A DNA stretch of 63,071 nucleotides, filler included, from Octopus bimaculoides (GCF_001194135.2; 6 parts of 6 records of this genome joined end to end with filler, not necessarily neighbours in it); one strand, 5' to 3'. Positions 40,408-52,987 are shown, numbered from the whole stretch's first letter. Program-made: numbers and translations. Notes: generated by a model not told the origin, from the letters alone.

Positions 40408-41378
40408 GCAGGAGTGGCTGTGTGGTAAGTAGCCTGCTTACCAACCACATAGTTCCGGGTTCAGTCCCACTGTGTGGCACCTTGGGCAAGTGTCTTCTAC
40501 TATAGCCTCGGGCTGACCAAAGCCTTGTGAGTGGATTTGGTAGACGGAAACTGAAAGAAGGCTGTCGTATATACTCTTTTACTCTTTTACTTGTTTCAGT
40601 CATTTGACTGTGGCCATGCTGGAGCACCACCTTTAGTCGAGCAAATCGACCCCAGGACTTATTCTTTGGAAGCCTAGTACTTATTCTATCGGTCTCTTTA
40701 GCCGAACCGCTAAGTTACGGGGACGTAAACACACCAACATTGGTTGTNNNNNNNNNNNNNNNNNNNNNNNNNNNNNNNNNNNNNNNNNNNNNNNNNNNNN
40801 NNNNNNNNNNNNNNNNNNNNNNNNNNNNNNNNNNNNNNNNNNNNNNNNNNNNNNNNNNNNNNNNNNNNNNNNNNNNNNNNNNNNNNNNNNNNNNNNNNNN
40901 NNNNNNNNNNNNNNNNNNNNNNNNNNNNNNNNNNNNNNNNNNNNNNNNNNNNNNNNNNNNNNNNNNNNNNNNNNNNNNNNNNNNNNNNNNNNNNNNNNNN
41001 NNNNNNNNNNNNNNNNNNNNNNNNNNNNNNNNNNNNNNNNNNNNNNNNNNNNNNNNNNNNNNNNNNNNNNNNNNNNNNNNNNNNNNNNNNNNNNNNNNNN
41101 NNNNNNNNNNNNNNNNNNNNNNNNNNNNNNTATATATATATATATATATATATATTTGTATGTGTGTTTGTGTGTCTGTGTTTATCCCCCCCCCCATCGC
41201 TTGAAAACCGATGCTGGTGTGTTTACATCCCCCGTAACTTAGCGGTTCAGCAAAAGAGACTGATAGAATAAGTACTAGGCTTACAAACAGTAAGTCCTGG
41301 GGTCGATTTTCTCCACTAAAGGCGGTGCTCCAGCATGGCCGCAGTCAAATGACTGAAAGAAGTAAAAGAGTAAAAGAG
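40408..41378 (+). mobile_element. SINE family B with an opposite-orientation family B copy nested in its internal TA tract
   Basis: Left half 40408-40573 (+), inverted right half 40574-40747 (-), gap, then right half 41131-41378 (+). Confidence 0.88.
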
Positions 41379-41734
41379 TATATCCTTTGTATCTGGTTGC
41401 ATTAGAAAAGATCTTCAGATATTGTGACATCTCATATTTGACTCCAAGTGTTTTAATTGTATGTAGTCCTGAGTCAGAAAAGGTGCGGCTCAAGGCTATT
41501 TCTTTGTTATGAATTGTTTTCCCGTGTCCTTATGCTGTTGTGACTAGAATGTTACAAAATATAGGCTTTTGGATGACATTCAACAAATATAAATTAAAAA
41601 TAACACATATCATGTTGAAGTCATAGGAATTTTTATAAACTTTTGAGAGAATAATGTGAAATAATGTTTTTTTGAAGAATGGTTCTCTAAGCACATCACG
41701 AGCAGCTATAAAGTATAACAGGCAAATATTGGGC

Positions 41735-41932
41735 CAAAAAACCCTTTGACCTTAGCACTGGTGCTGGTGCCACATAAAAAGCACCCAGTAAAGTGGTTGG
41801 CATTAGGAAGGGCTACCCAGCCATAGAAACCATGCCAAAACAGACAATGGAGTCTGGCATGGATCTCCATCCAGCTGGACTTAGCTCCTGTCAAACCAAC
41901 CAATCTATGCCAGCATGGAAGATAGACATTAA

Positions 41933-41983
<51 letters not shown>
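41735..41983 (+). mobile_element. SINE-like family D, 3' part with (GAT)n tail
   Basis: aaaagcaccc...gttggcattaggaagggc...gccagcatggaa..gacattaaat(gat)n. Confidence 0.8.
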
Positions 41984-41985
<2 letters not shown>

Positions 41986-42233
41986 AAGGGATTTTCAACC
42001 CAATGTTTACATGCTATTCTTTATGGCTGTATGTGATGTACTTTGAGAACCAGCAAGCTCCTCCTCCTCCTCCTCCTCCACCACCACTACCACCACCTTC
42101 TCCCCTTCCACCATCACCTCCTCCTCCTCCTCACACCTCCTCGCTGACATCGTTGTTGCGATTATCATCATCATCATCGTCGTCATCATTGTTGTCGTTG
42201 TCGTCATCATTGTTGCCATCATCATCGTCGTCG

Positions 42234-42318
<85 letters not shown>

Positions 42319-42320
<2 letters not shown>

Positions 42321-42545
42321 GTTTTCCATGCTGGCATGTGTTAGACAGTTTGATTGTAACTGGTAAGCCAGAGAGCCGTACCAGGCCCCAGTCTGATTTT
42401 GGCTTTGTTTTCTACAGCTGGATGCCCATCCTAACACCAACCACTCCACCAAGTGTAACGGGACCGGGACCCTTTTACATGTCCCTGGTACAGGTGCTTT
42501 TCATGTGTCACCAGCACAGGCACTCTTTTCTTTCTCACCGGCTCT
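42319..42545 (-). mobile_element. SINE-like family D
   Basis: (atc)n gttttccatgctggcatg ... ctacagctggatgccc ... gtgctttt. Confidence 0.8.
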
Positions 42546-43275
42546 GGCCACAACAACAGTTTCACTTGGACTCCATTAAAAATTGTGAAACCCAGCTTTC
42601 TTTGATAACTATTAGACTGTGATGCAATCTACAATAATATACACAGTAGCTCATTAAGTTTTTAAGTTCATTAGATAATCACAATCATTATAATGTAATG
42701 CAATATGTTATAGATTAGTTTATCTCTTGTTCACTATGTGATAGATAACCTTTAACATCTAATGATGTTTACAGTCAAATAATGTCAACAAATTATATAG
42801 CTTCGTATTAAAGTGATAGCGAAGATCAATTTGGAAAATGTGCATTTTTTATCATACATTAACTGCCTAGCTATCATGCTTTTGTTGAAATTTAAGGATT
42901 GAGAAAAATGTGCTGATATGAGAAACATGTCCAACATATACTAGAATATTTAATGGTCTTTTAAGCAGCGGTGGTGACGACAACAACAATGATGATGATG
43001 ATGATGATGGTAGTGATTCAGAAGTCATACCACCCACTTTGAATTTATATTAAGTCTAAGGTTGGTTATAATGACACTTGCAGCAAATTAACATTCTGCT
43101 TAAGTAGCATGCCATGGAAGAGTCAATGTTGTGACAAAAAGGAGGAACAGGTAATGTTACTCAATGACAAGACTAACAATCATATTCCACTGATAGTGTA
43201 CATACATACAGAATGAAATTTCACGCATGAATATATGTATATAGAAATACGTATATGTATATATATATGTATACG

Positions 43276-43689
43276 TTCTTTTATTCTTTTATTTGTTTCA
43301 GTCATTTGACTGTGGTCATGCTGGGGCACCGCCTTTAGTTGAACAAATCGACCCCAGGACTTATTCCTTGTAAGCCCAGTACTTATTCCATCAGTCTCCC
43401 TTGCCGAACTGCTAAGTTACGGGGACATAAACACACCAATATAGGCTGTCAAGCGATGGTGTGCAGGGGGGACAAACACAAACACACAAACATATACATA
43501 CATACATACATACATACATACATACACACATACATATATATTATATGTTGGGCTTCTTTCAGTTTCCATCTACCAAATCCACTCACAAGGCTTTAGTCAG
43601 CCCGAGGCTACAGTAGAAGACACTTGCCTAAGGTGACATGCAGCAGGACTGAACCCAAAACCATGTGGCCTACCACACAGCCACTCCTG
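43276..43689 (-). mobile_element. SINE family B, full length, gap-free
   Basis: Both halves with an internal (CA/TACA/TA) tract at ~43480-43545; this is the best reference copy in the window. Confidence 0.92.
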
Positions 43690-43711
43690 TACCTATATAT
43701 ATATATATATC

Positions 43712-43986
43712 ATCATCATCATCATCATCATCATCGTTTAACGTCCGCTTTCCATGCTAGCATGGGTTGGACGATTTGACTGAGGACTGGTGAAACCGGA
43801 TGGCAACACCAGGCTCCAGTCTGATTTGGCAGAGTTTCTACAGCTGGATGCCCTTCCTAACGCCAACCACTCAGAGAGTGTAGTGGGTGCTTTTACGTGT
43901 CACCCGCACGAAAACGGCCACGCTCGAAATGGTGTCTTTTATGTGCCACCCGCACAAGCCAGTCCAGGGGCACTGGCAACGATCTC
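43712..43986 (-). mobile_element. SINE-like family D, low divergence, truncated by gap
   Basis: (atc)n gtttaacgtccgctttccatgctagcatggg...ctggatgcccttcctaacgccaacc. Confidence 0.85.
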
Positions 43987-44642
43987 NNNNNNNNNNNNNN
44001 NNNNNNNNNNNNNNNNNNNNNNNNNNNNNNNNNNNNNNNNNNNNNNNNNNNNNNNNNNNNNNNNNNNNNNNNNNNNNNNNNNNNNNNNNNNNNNNNNNNN
44101 NNNNNNNNNNNNNNNNNNNNNNNNNNNNNNNNNNNNNNNNNNNNNNNNNNNNNNNNNNNNNNNNNNNNNNNNNNNNNNNNNNNNNNNNNNNNNNNNNNNN
44201 NNNNNNNNNNNNNNNNNNNNNNNNNNNNNNNNNNNNNNNNNNNNNNNNNNNNNNNNNNNNNNNNNNNNNNNNNNNNNNNNNNNNNNNNNNNNNNNNNNNN
44301 NNNNNNNNNNNNNNNNNNNNNNNNNNNNNNNNNNNNNNNNNNNNNNNNNNNNNNNNNNNNNNNNNNNNNNNNNNNNNNNNNNNNNNNNNNNNNNNNNNNN
44401 NNNNNNNNNNNNNNNNNNNNNNNNNNNNNNNNNNNNNNNNNNNNNNNNNNNNNNNNNNNNNNNNNNNNNNNNNNNNNNNNNNNNNNNNNNNNNNNNNNNN
44501 NNNNNNNNNNNNNNNNNNNNNNNNNNNNNNNNNNNNNNNNNNNNNNNNNNNNNNNNNNNNNNNNNNNNNNNNNNNNNNNNNNNNNNNNNNNNNNNNNNNN
44601 NNNNNNNNNNNNNNNNNNNNNNNNNNNNNNNNNNNNNNNNNN

Positions 44643-44686
<44 letters not shown>

Positions 44687-44691
44687 CTTAA

Positions 44692-46026
44692 GTACTTTTT
44701 TATGCCATGTTCAAGGAACCTATTTCTTTTCCTGAAAAAAAAATGTTTGGAAGTTTGTTTTCGACTTCCTCTCTGTTTCTGAATGTTTTGCCTCTTATAA
44801 AATGTTCTTGTGATCAGAACAGATGGAAATCCATAGGTGCCAAGTCAGGTGAGTATGGAGGACGTGGAAGAACTTCTCATCCTAACAATATTACTTTTCC
44901 TTGCTGGAGAATAACACCATTTCTGTTTACCAAAGCTGGCCATTTTTGGCATAATTTTTCATTTACACGATCAAATTATTGGCAATAGACTTCTGCATTC
45001 ATGGTCCTTCCATGTTCCAGTAGCTCATCATGGACAATACCTTTCATGTTCCACCAAACACTGAGTAACGGATTTTGTGGAAGGAGTTCTGGTTTTGGTG
45101 TTGGCACTGACCCCTCATTATGTGATAACTATTGTCTTTTTCATTTTCTATTGTGATGCAAAACCCCTTTTTCATCACCTGTAACAATGCACTGCAGAAA
45201 TGACAGGTTGTTAAGGCGGCAAGCTGGTAGAAACGTTAGCACGCCGGGTGAACTGCTTAACAGTTCTGAGTTCAAATTCCGCTAAGGTCGACTTTGCCTT
45301 TCATCCTTTCGGGGGTCGATAAATTAAGTACCAGTTACGCACTGGGGTCGATGTAACCAACTTAATCCCTTTGTCTGTCCTTGTTTGTCCCCTCTCTGTT
45401 TAGCCCCTTGTGGGCAATAAAGAAATAAGAAATGACAGGTTGTAAATCTTAGTTAGAAGACTGCTACAGATGGTGGAACATTGAGTTTGGTTCTCAAACA
45501 TAAGCTCATGTGGAGTCCAAATCCCCTCTTTGCATGTTTTCCCAATTTGCTTTAAATGTTTGTGGGTAGCTGAAAAATGACACATTCAATTTTTGCACCA
45601 AATCTCTGGTACTTTGATGTGAATCTGATATAATAGTCTCATTCAAAAGGTCATTGTTCAAAGTGGGTTGTCTTCCTGTATCAGGTTTGTCAGACATGTC
45701 ACAATCATCATCTTTAAATTTTTTAAACCACAGCTGACATGTATGGGATTTCACTGCATCTGGATACACTTCACAAAAGTTTTCCATTACTTCTGTAGCA
45801 GTACTTTTCTTACATACAGTAAGCAATGGCGAATATGTTGCTTCCATAAAGTTCTTATCCTCCATGGGGTTAATTACTAAAATAACTATGAATGTTACAA
45901 GCCAGATAGAAGAGATGATATACTATTTCTAGACAGTCCCACCCATTCGACCATGGTTCTGATGTGATTGGTTGATTCATATTTCATAGTAGGGAAAAAA
46001 ATGCAATTACTTTCCGAACACCCTAA
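44692..46026 (-). mobile_element. Mariner (Hsmar1/cecropia-like) transposon, near full length, pseudogenised
   Basis: TIR TA|TTAGGGTGTTCGGAAAGTAATTGCATTTT resembles Hsmar1 TTAGGTTGGTGCAAAAGTAATTGCGG. ORF from 45865 contains TCQLWFKKFK..D.SDKP..GRQP, EGIWTPHEL, CIVTGDEK, LSVWW and PPYSPDLAPMDFHLF. The second catalytic Asp region is deleted; there are stops and frameshifts, and the other TIR is lost. Confidence 0.93.
45212..45427 (+). mobile_element. SINE family A, alternative-tail subfamily, with 16-bp TSD
   Basis: TSD AGAAATGACAGGTTGT at 45196-45211 and 45428-45443; tail ...gtccttgtttgtcccctctctgtttagccccttgtgggcaataaag. Confidence 0.95.
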
Positions 46027-46459
46027 TATATATGATACAGCAAAACACATTTATGATGATGATGATTATCATCATCATCATCATTATTGTCCTTGTCATC
46101 ATCATCATCACCATCAGCTCTTCATGCTGGCATGGGTTGGATAGTTAGACGAGATGCAATAAGTCAGAGGTTTGATATCATGTTCCAATGTCTGTTTGGC
46201 ATGATTTCTATGGTTGAATGCCCTTTCTAACACCAACCACTTTATAGAGTGCATTGCATGCTTTTTTGTGGCACCAGCACTAATCAACGAGTGTGTGTGT
46301 ATGTGTGTATGCGTCCACACATATATGCATATGATTGTGCATCTATGTGTGTATGTTACATCAGTTTCGCATAACCAGCCCCAGCCCATTCAAAAGTACT
46401 TTGGATCATAGGGCGACATGCTGTGCTTGAGGAGACCTATTGAGTCAAGTACATCAACA

Positions 46460-46830
46460 TCAAAATGAAAATCAAATGGAAATTGTAGTTGTGATTCCTG
46501 GGCCAGTGGCACGTAAAAAGCACCATCCGAATGTGGCCAATGCCAGCGCTGCCTTGACTGGCTTCCGTGCCGGTGGCACATAAAATGCACCAACCGATCA
46601 TGGTCATTGCCAGCCTCTTCTGGCTCCTGTGCCAGTGGCATGTAAAAAGCACCCACTACACTCATAGAGTGGTTGGCGTTAGGAAGGGCATCCAGCTGTA
46701 GAAACACTGCCAGATCAGACTGGAGCCTGGTGCAGCCTCCTGGCTTCCCAGACCTCAGTCAAACCATCCAACCCATGCCAGCATGGAAAACAGACGTTAA
46801 ACGATGATGATGATGATGATGATGATGATA
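46460..46830 (+). mobile_element. SINE-like family D with three internal ~65-bp subrepeats and (GAT)n tail
   Basis: gcc(a/g)gtggca..taaaa.gcacc occurs three times (46502, ~46569, ~46631). Another fragment lies at 46110-46260 (-). Confidence 0.82.
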
Positions 46831-46942
46831 TAAAAGAGAGAGGGGTATATTTATATTTTACCTCTAAATGTCTTAACTTGCTAGCCACTTTATTATTAAC
46901 ATCATTTTAAATAATGTTAGTGGTACTTATTTAATTTAAATT

Positions 46943-46992
<50 letters not shown>

Positions 46993-47044
46993 GGGAGAAC
47001 CAATGGGAGGTGACATAGTATGGTTATATAAGTTAAGGTTACAT

Positions 47045-47335
47045 AAAATATCACGTGACTGATGTTATACATCACTGGTCACAATGCACTTTGCATCATT
47101 TTAACTTTCAAAAGAAATCTCCCTTCTGGCTTGGCAAGCAGGCCAACATTCCCCTTGATCAGAAGATTAGTTCATTGCAGGGTGATCCCATTTTGCAGCT
47201 GAGTGAACTGGAGTAATGTGAAATGAAGTGTTTTGTTCAAGAACACAACATGCTGCTTGGTCCAGGAATCGAACCCATGACCTAGTGATTGCATATGCAA
47301 CACTCTAACCACTAGGTCATGCACTTTCTCATTCA
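47045..47335 (-). mobile_element. SINE family C, near full length
   Basis: gcagctgagtgaactggag...aagtgttttgttcaagaacacaac...ggaatcgaaccc...ctaaccactag. Confidence 0.78.
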
Positions 47336-48081
47336 TAAAATATAGTTGTTGTAATTAACTAGAGAATATATCTATAGATTTTTAGCCAATACTGTACATT
47401 ACAACAAATGTTAACATTACATCTATTTACACAACATGATTGTTGACAGAAAAAAAGAATGAACAGCTGTTTATACTTTCCCTTCTATTAGAATTGTTTG
47501 CTTGTCAGACAAATTGCTTAGTGGCACTTTTTCAGCTCTACACATTCTGAATTAAACTATTGTCAAGTTTGACTTTGTGTTTCATCCTTTTGGGGTTGAT
47601 AAAATAAAATACCAGTCAAGTTCTGGGGTCAATATAATAGACTAAGTTCTCCTCCTGAAATTGCTGGCTTTCTGCTAAAATTTAAAACAACGATTATTTT
47701 TATTATTATTATTGAGTAAGAGAGCAACGCATGCCATCAAAGTGACACTGAGGTACCAATATATGAAGCTGAATATACCCATGATAAGGGTACACCAGGC
47801 ACATGCATCACAACCATATGTGCATGATATGGTGATATCATATCAAGATAAAGAGCACATGACTTTGCATTTTTCTGGTACCTTCTATTCATACACGTAT
47901 TTTCTCAAGTTATTTATTTTTATTGTAGAGTTCAACTTTGACTTTCATCATTTCAGGGTCATCAAAATAAGAACCAGTTGAGCACTGGGGTCAATGTAAT
48001 TGACTTATTCCCTTCCCTGAAACTGCTGGCGTTGTGCTAAAATTTGAAACCATTATTAATACTGTTGTAATTATTATTACT

Positions 48082-48300
48082 AAGGCGATGAGCTGGCAGA
48101 ATCGTTAGCACACTGGAAAAAATGCTTAGTGGTATTTCATCAATCTTTATGTTCTGAATTCAAATTCTACTAAGGTCGACTTTGCCTTTCATTCTTTCAG
48201 GGTTGATAAATTAAGTACCAGTGAAACACTGGGGTTGATCTAATCAACTTACCCACTCCCTCAAAATTTCAGGCCTTGTGCCTTTAGTAGAAAAGATTAT
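48082..48300 (+). mobile_element. SINE family A, full length; further partial copies at 47500-47690 and 47960-48050
   Basis: aggcgatgagctggcagaatcgttagcac...ggccttgtgcctttagtagaaaagattatt. Confidence 0.9.
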
Positions 48301-48332
48301 TATTATCATCCTCCTCCTCATCATCATTATAT

Positions 48333-48716
48333 TTGACAGAATTATTTACTACAGATATCACTGTGATATGGTTTCTTTCCAAATATGATTATGTATGTGT
48401 TTTGTCAAGATACTACTTTCAGAGAATGATTTATTGCAGAAATCACAGTAATATGGTTGCTCTCCTGTACGAAACTATTTGTATTTAGCTAAGCTAGTAA
48501 TTACAGAGAATGATGTATCACAGATGTTACAGTGATATGGTTTCTCTCTGGTATGAATATATTTGTGAATATTTCTGTTACCTTTTCAAGAGAATGATAT
48601 ATCACAGATGGTCACAGTGGTATGAGGAATTTCTTATCTTTTTTGGCTCTTCTTCAGGAGAGAAAAACAAAAAAAATACCAATCAATCAAGATTCTCACA
48701 TAATTCATTTCCCCCT
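48333..48716 (-). pseudogene. Tandem C2H2 zinc-finger pseudogene (octopus-type)
   Basis: [112 protein letters not shown]: 3.5 fingers, 84-bp period, TGEKP-type linkers, 2 frameshifts and 4 stops. Confidence 0.92.
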
Positions 48717-49039
48717 AATTTTCCTTCTCTCATCACAATATACAAATATTTTTCTTATTTTCATTTTGATATTCCATTCCTAGTAAATATTTTTACTGCT
48801 ATATTTCCACTGATCACAATCTTTGTTGATATCTGTAGACATTGCAAGTTCCTATGCATATTTGTCCAAGTTTAATTACACTATTAAATTATCTTGTATA
48901 TATTCCAGACAGTGAAGAAGAGAAATTTTACTAAAAATTTCATGAAGCAAAAACATTTTCTATAACAGATTTATATAAACAAGGTTACATTTATTCTGTT
49001 CAACATCTTTCTTTAGTCTTTAAAAAGTTGATAAATATT

Positions 49040-49254
49040 TTTTTTCTACTCTAGGCACAAGGCCTGAAATTTTGGGGGAGGAGGCCAGTCAATTAGATCG
49101 ACCCCAGTTTGCAACTGGTACTTGATTTATCGACCCCAAAAGGATGAAAGGCAAAGTTGACATCGGCAGAATTTGAACTCAGAACATAAAGACAGACGAA
49201 ATAGCGCTAAGCATTTTGCCCAGCGTGCTAACATTTCTCACAACTCGCCGCCTT
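49040..49254 (-). mobile_element. SINE family A, full length
   Basis: Reverse complement of the complete consensus. Confidence 0.92.
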
Positions 49255-49776
49255 GAATTGTTTTAATAATAATAATGAGCTAATTATTTTAATAATATTG
49301 TTTCAAAAGTAATAATAATGAGATAATTATTGACAAATGAATGCTAGTGGTCAAGCAGTGGGCAGGGGACAAACTCACACACCCACCATGCATGCGCACA
49401 CACACATACACATGCACACTCACTCACACACACAAACGCACTCTCACACACACACACTCATACACAAACACACACACATACATACTCACACACAAGCATA
49501 CACACACACAAATACGCACGTGCACACACACACACACATACAAATACACACACAAACACACACACACACACCATACACGCACACAGGCTTCTACACTTAA
49601 TTAATAATGTTAGAACAGGATAAACAGAGAGAGAGAGAGAGAGTGTGTGTGTTGGGGAGAGTAGAGTGTTCATCTGGAGGCTAATAAGAGCAAGGCTAAA
49701 AGAGCAATGGCCTTCTTATGGAAACCAGTATCATCTGAGATTCTGAAATTATAGAGTGAAAAATATAAGACAGAAA

Positions 49777-49945
49777 GGATATTTCGTCTGTCTTTATGTT
49801 CTGAGTTCAAATTTCGCCGAGGTTGACTTTGCCTTTCATCCTTTCAGGGTTGATAAATTAAGTACCAGTTGCGTACTGGGATCGATCTAATCGAATGGCC
49901 CCCTCCCCAAAAAGTTCGGGCCTTGTACCTAAAGTAGAAAAGAAT
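49777..49945 (+). mobile_element. SINE family A, 5'-truncated
   Basis: tttcgtctgtctttatgttctgagttcaaatttcgccgagg...gtagaaaagaataat. Confidence 0.9.
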
Positions 49946-50690
49946 AATAATCGTTTGAGTTTATATTAAGAGGTTTCAGTTTTATGTGGGAAATAAGGAG
50001 AATTTAGAAAGGAATAACGAAAACAAAACAAAGACAACATTGCCTTCAGCTTCTTTTAACTTACGAAACACATGAAAACAGAAAGAAGCAACAGATAAAA
50101 GGAAATGCTTATAATTTAAATGCATGTTCATTATCATTTCTTATTCATATCGACACAAAGAAGCTGTCACAACACGTTCAGAAGTAGAAACATTAAATCA
50201 GGAGAGGAGAATAATAGCTTGAGGCGAACTTCAGGAATTTGCAATAAGCATTGATTTACATTTTCAGGTCAACTTAACAAAGAATGCTTTAACTCTTCCT
50301 TTCGAGGTAAAGAAGTAATGTAAACGTGTGTAAGAAACAATAGAAAGAAACGAATAGAATTATTTGGGAAGGGTTTTAACGATAAGCTGTCAGGGGAGGT
50401 AACTCTATGTACGTTTTCCGACAAAAGTCTTTCTTTCTGAAAGGATTGTGATGATGATGGTGATGGGGGACGGGAAGCCATTATATACTTTTTGCTCTAT
50501 AAAATGTAGATTTGATAATTCATCATCACTGTTATCATCATCACCAACGCTACAGTCCTCACACACATTATCGTCATCCTTGTCATCGTCGTTGTCGTCA
50601 TCATCATCATCATCAATGTCGTCGTCGCCGCCGCCGTCGTCGTGGTCTTCGTGGTCGCCGTTGTCTTCGTGGTCGCCGTCGTCGTCGTCG

Positions 50691-50753
<63 letters not shown>

Positions 50754-50932
50754 ACAACAACGTCGTCCTCGTCGTTGTAGCACTGTTTCCGTTATCTACA
50801 TTACAAACATAGAGCTTTGTATCTTTGTTAGAAACCAGCTCCTTCTTCAGAGAAAGAACTGAAGTGATTAAATATAGAAGTGACATACATATACGTTGTG
50901 CACACACATATATGTATATGTATGTATGTATA

Positions 50933-52956
50933 ACGAACCACGCATCCACAGAGTCGGTCTTGTCCTCAAAACGAAACTTGTGGATCAACACAGATTCGTC
51001 CCAACTGCTGTCAGCGAGCGCCTGATGACTATTCGGATCCCGCTCATTCGGGACAGATACCTTACGCTGATCTCTGTGTATGCCCCTACCCTCACACCTG
51101 AAGACGATGTCAAGGCTTCGTTCTACAACCTGCTGGACCGCACCATTCAGGCAGTCCCCGCGCATGACAAACTCGTCATGCTGGAGGGCTTTAATAGCAG
51201 AGTCGACAGTGACCATTGTCTCTGGAACGGTATTCTTGGTCATCACAGCACTGGGAAATGCAATGCTATTGGCCAGCTCCACCTGGGCCTTTGCACCGAG
51301 CACGAACTCATCACCATCTCCCTATTTCGACTCCCTACCCGACGAAAGACGACCTGGAAACACACATGGTTTAAACACTGGCACATCCTCGACTACTTTC
51401 TGACAAGATCCAAGGACAGACGAAATGTACGCATAACCTTCTCCATGCCAGGTGCAGATGGCCGCTGGATGGATCACCGCCTTCTTATTTCTCGCCTTGA
51501 CATAAAGATCCGCCGTCCATTAAAGCGAGTCTCAGCAAACATACCTTGCTGACGCTTCGACTGTGCCAAACTCCCAGGAAATCCTCGATCGCTGGAAGTC
51601 CCATTTCGAGAGCCTACTTAACAACCATTCACGCACCCCTGACGATCTCCTCCAAAACAACCACTTCATTGCCCTGGTTCGCTCCCTTTACGACGGCATG
51701 GTGGGTACGATATGCCATCAAAAATGCCCTCACAGACCCGTTCCCCATCACTGGGGATCTTAAGCAAGGATGCATACTGGCACCAACCAGTTTCTCTTTG
51801 TTCAGCGAAATCCCACTGGACTCACCTTCCCTCAACATGCGCTATCGCTTGGATGGAGAACTCTTCAATCTCACACATCTCCGCGCAAAGATGAGGACCT
51901 CCGCTATCTCGGTCCGTGAGATACAGTATGCCGACGATAATGCCACCCCGAGCCGGACCATAGATGGCCTACAAAGGACGGCCGATCTTTACAACGCGGC
52001 TTATGAACGTTTCAGAGTACAGGTAAACATATTAAAGACCAAGACCCTGATCCAACCTGCACCAGGCCAGAACAGTCCGCCCACGAACATTAGCATCAAC
52101 GGCCGACCCCTAAAAGTTGAACTCTTCTCATACCGTTGGAGTATTCTTTCGAAGACTCCCACGTGTGAAAAGGACTTGGAGAACCGGATCAGGGCGGCCT
52201 ACTCTGCCTTCGGTAGACTCAACCAACGTGTATTCTTCAATTACGCGCTGACCATCCGGACAAAGATTATGGTCTCCCGTGTCATTGTCCTGTCAACTCT
52301 TTTCTACGCTTGTGAGACTAGAATGCTGTACCGCTGTGACTTCAATGCTTTGAGTGCTTCCAGCAATCCAAGCTACGACAGATCCTCAATATTCGATGGG
52401 AAGATCATATTACCAACAACGAGGTTCTTCGCTGCGCCTCACTACCAAGCGTCAAAGCCACCATTCTTCGCCATTGTCTCCGCTGGGCAGGTCCCGTCCA
52501 GCGTATGGAACCCTCTCGTCTTCTGAGGATCATGCTCTACGTAGAGCTTGCAATCGGAACAAGATCCAGAGGAGGCCCGAAATTCCGTTTTAAAGACCAG
52601 ATCAAATGGACCCCGGCTCAAACTAACATCCAGCTATCCTCATGGGAACAGATTGCCATGGATAGGACAGCCTGGAGGACTGCTATCCGCAATGGAACCA
52701 ACTCCTTCGAGCAGAACAGACAACAGAATGAGGAGGTAAAACGCAGGAGAAGAAAGGAGCGTCTTCACATCCTCGACCCGCATCGACCATCCTGTGCGAA
52801 TTCTCCCCACGACTCTTTCACCACCGACTTGGACTCCAAAGTCACATTCGGCACAAACATCTACCGAGGAGACTGGATGGAAACTGACGAACCCAATACT
52901 CGGATACGAGCTGGAGCCGACGACGATGTATGTATGTATGTATGTATGTATGTATG

Positions 52957-52985
<29 letters not shown>
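50933..52985 (+). mobile_element. RTE-clade LINE, 5'-truncated, two internal deletions, frameshifted, (ATGT)n tail
   Basis: APE: LTLISVYAPT, VMLEGFNSRV, KTTWKH..KHWHILDYFL, MDHRLL. RT: LKQGCILAPTSFSLF, IQYADDNA, RIRAAYSAFGRL. C-terminus RSRGGPKFRFKDQIK, AMDRTAWR and a degenerate finger CEFSPRLFHHRLGLQSHIRHKH. Tail 52926-52985. Confidence 0.96.
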
Positions 52986-52987
<2 letters not shown>

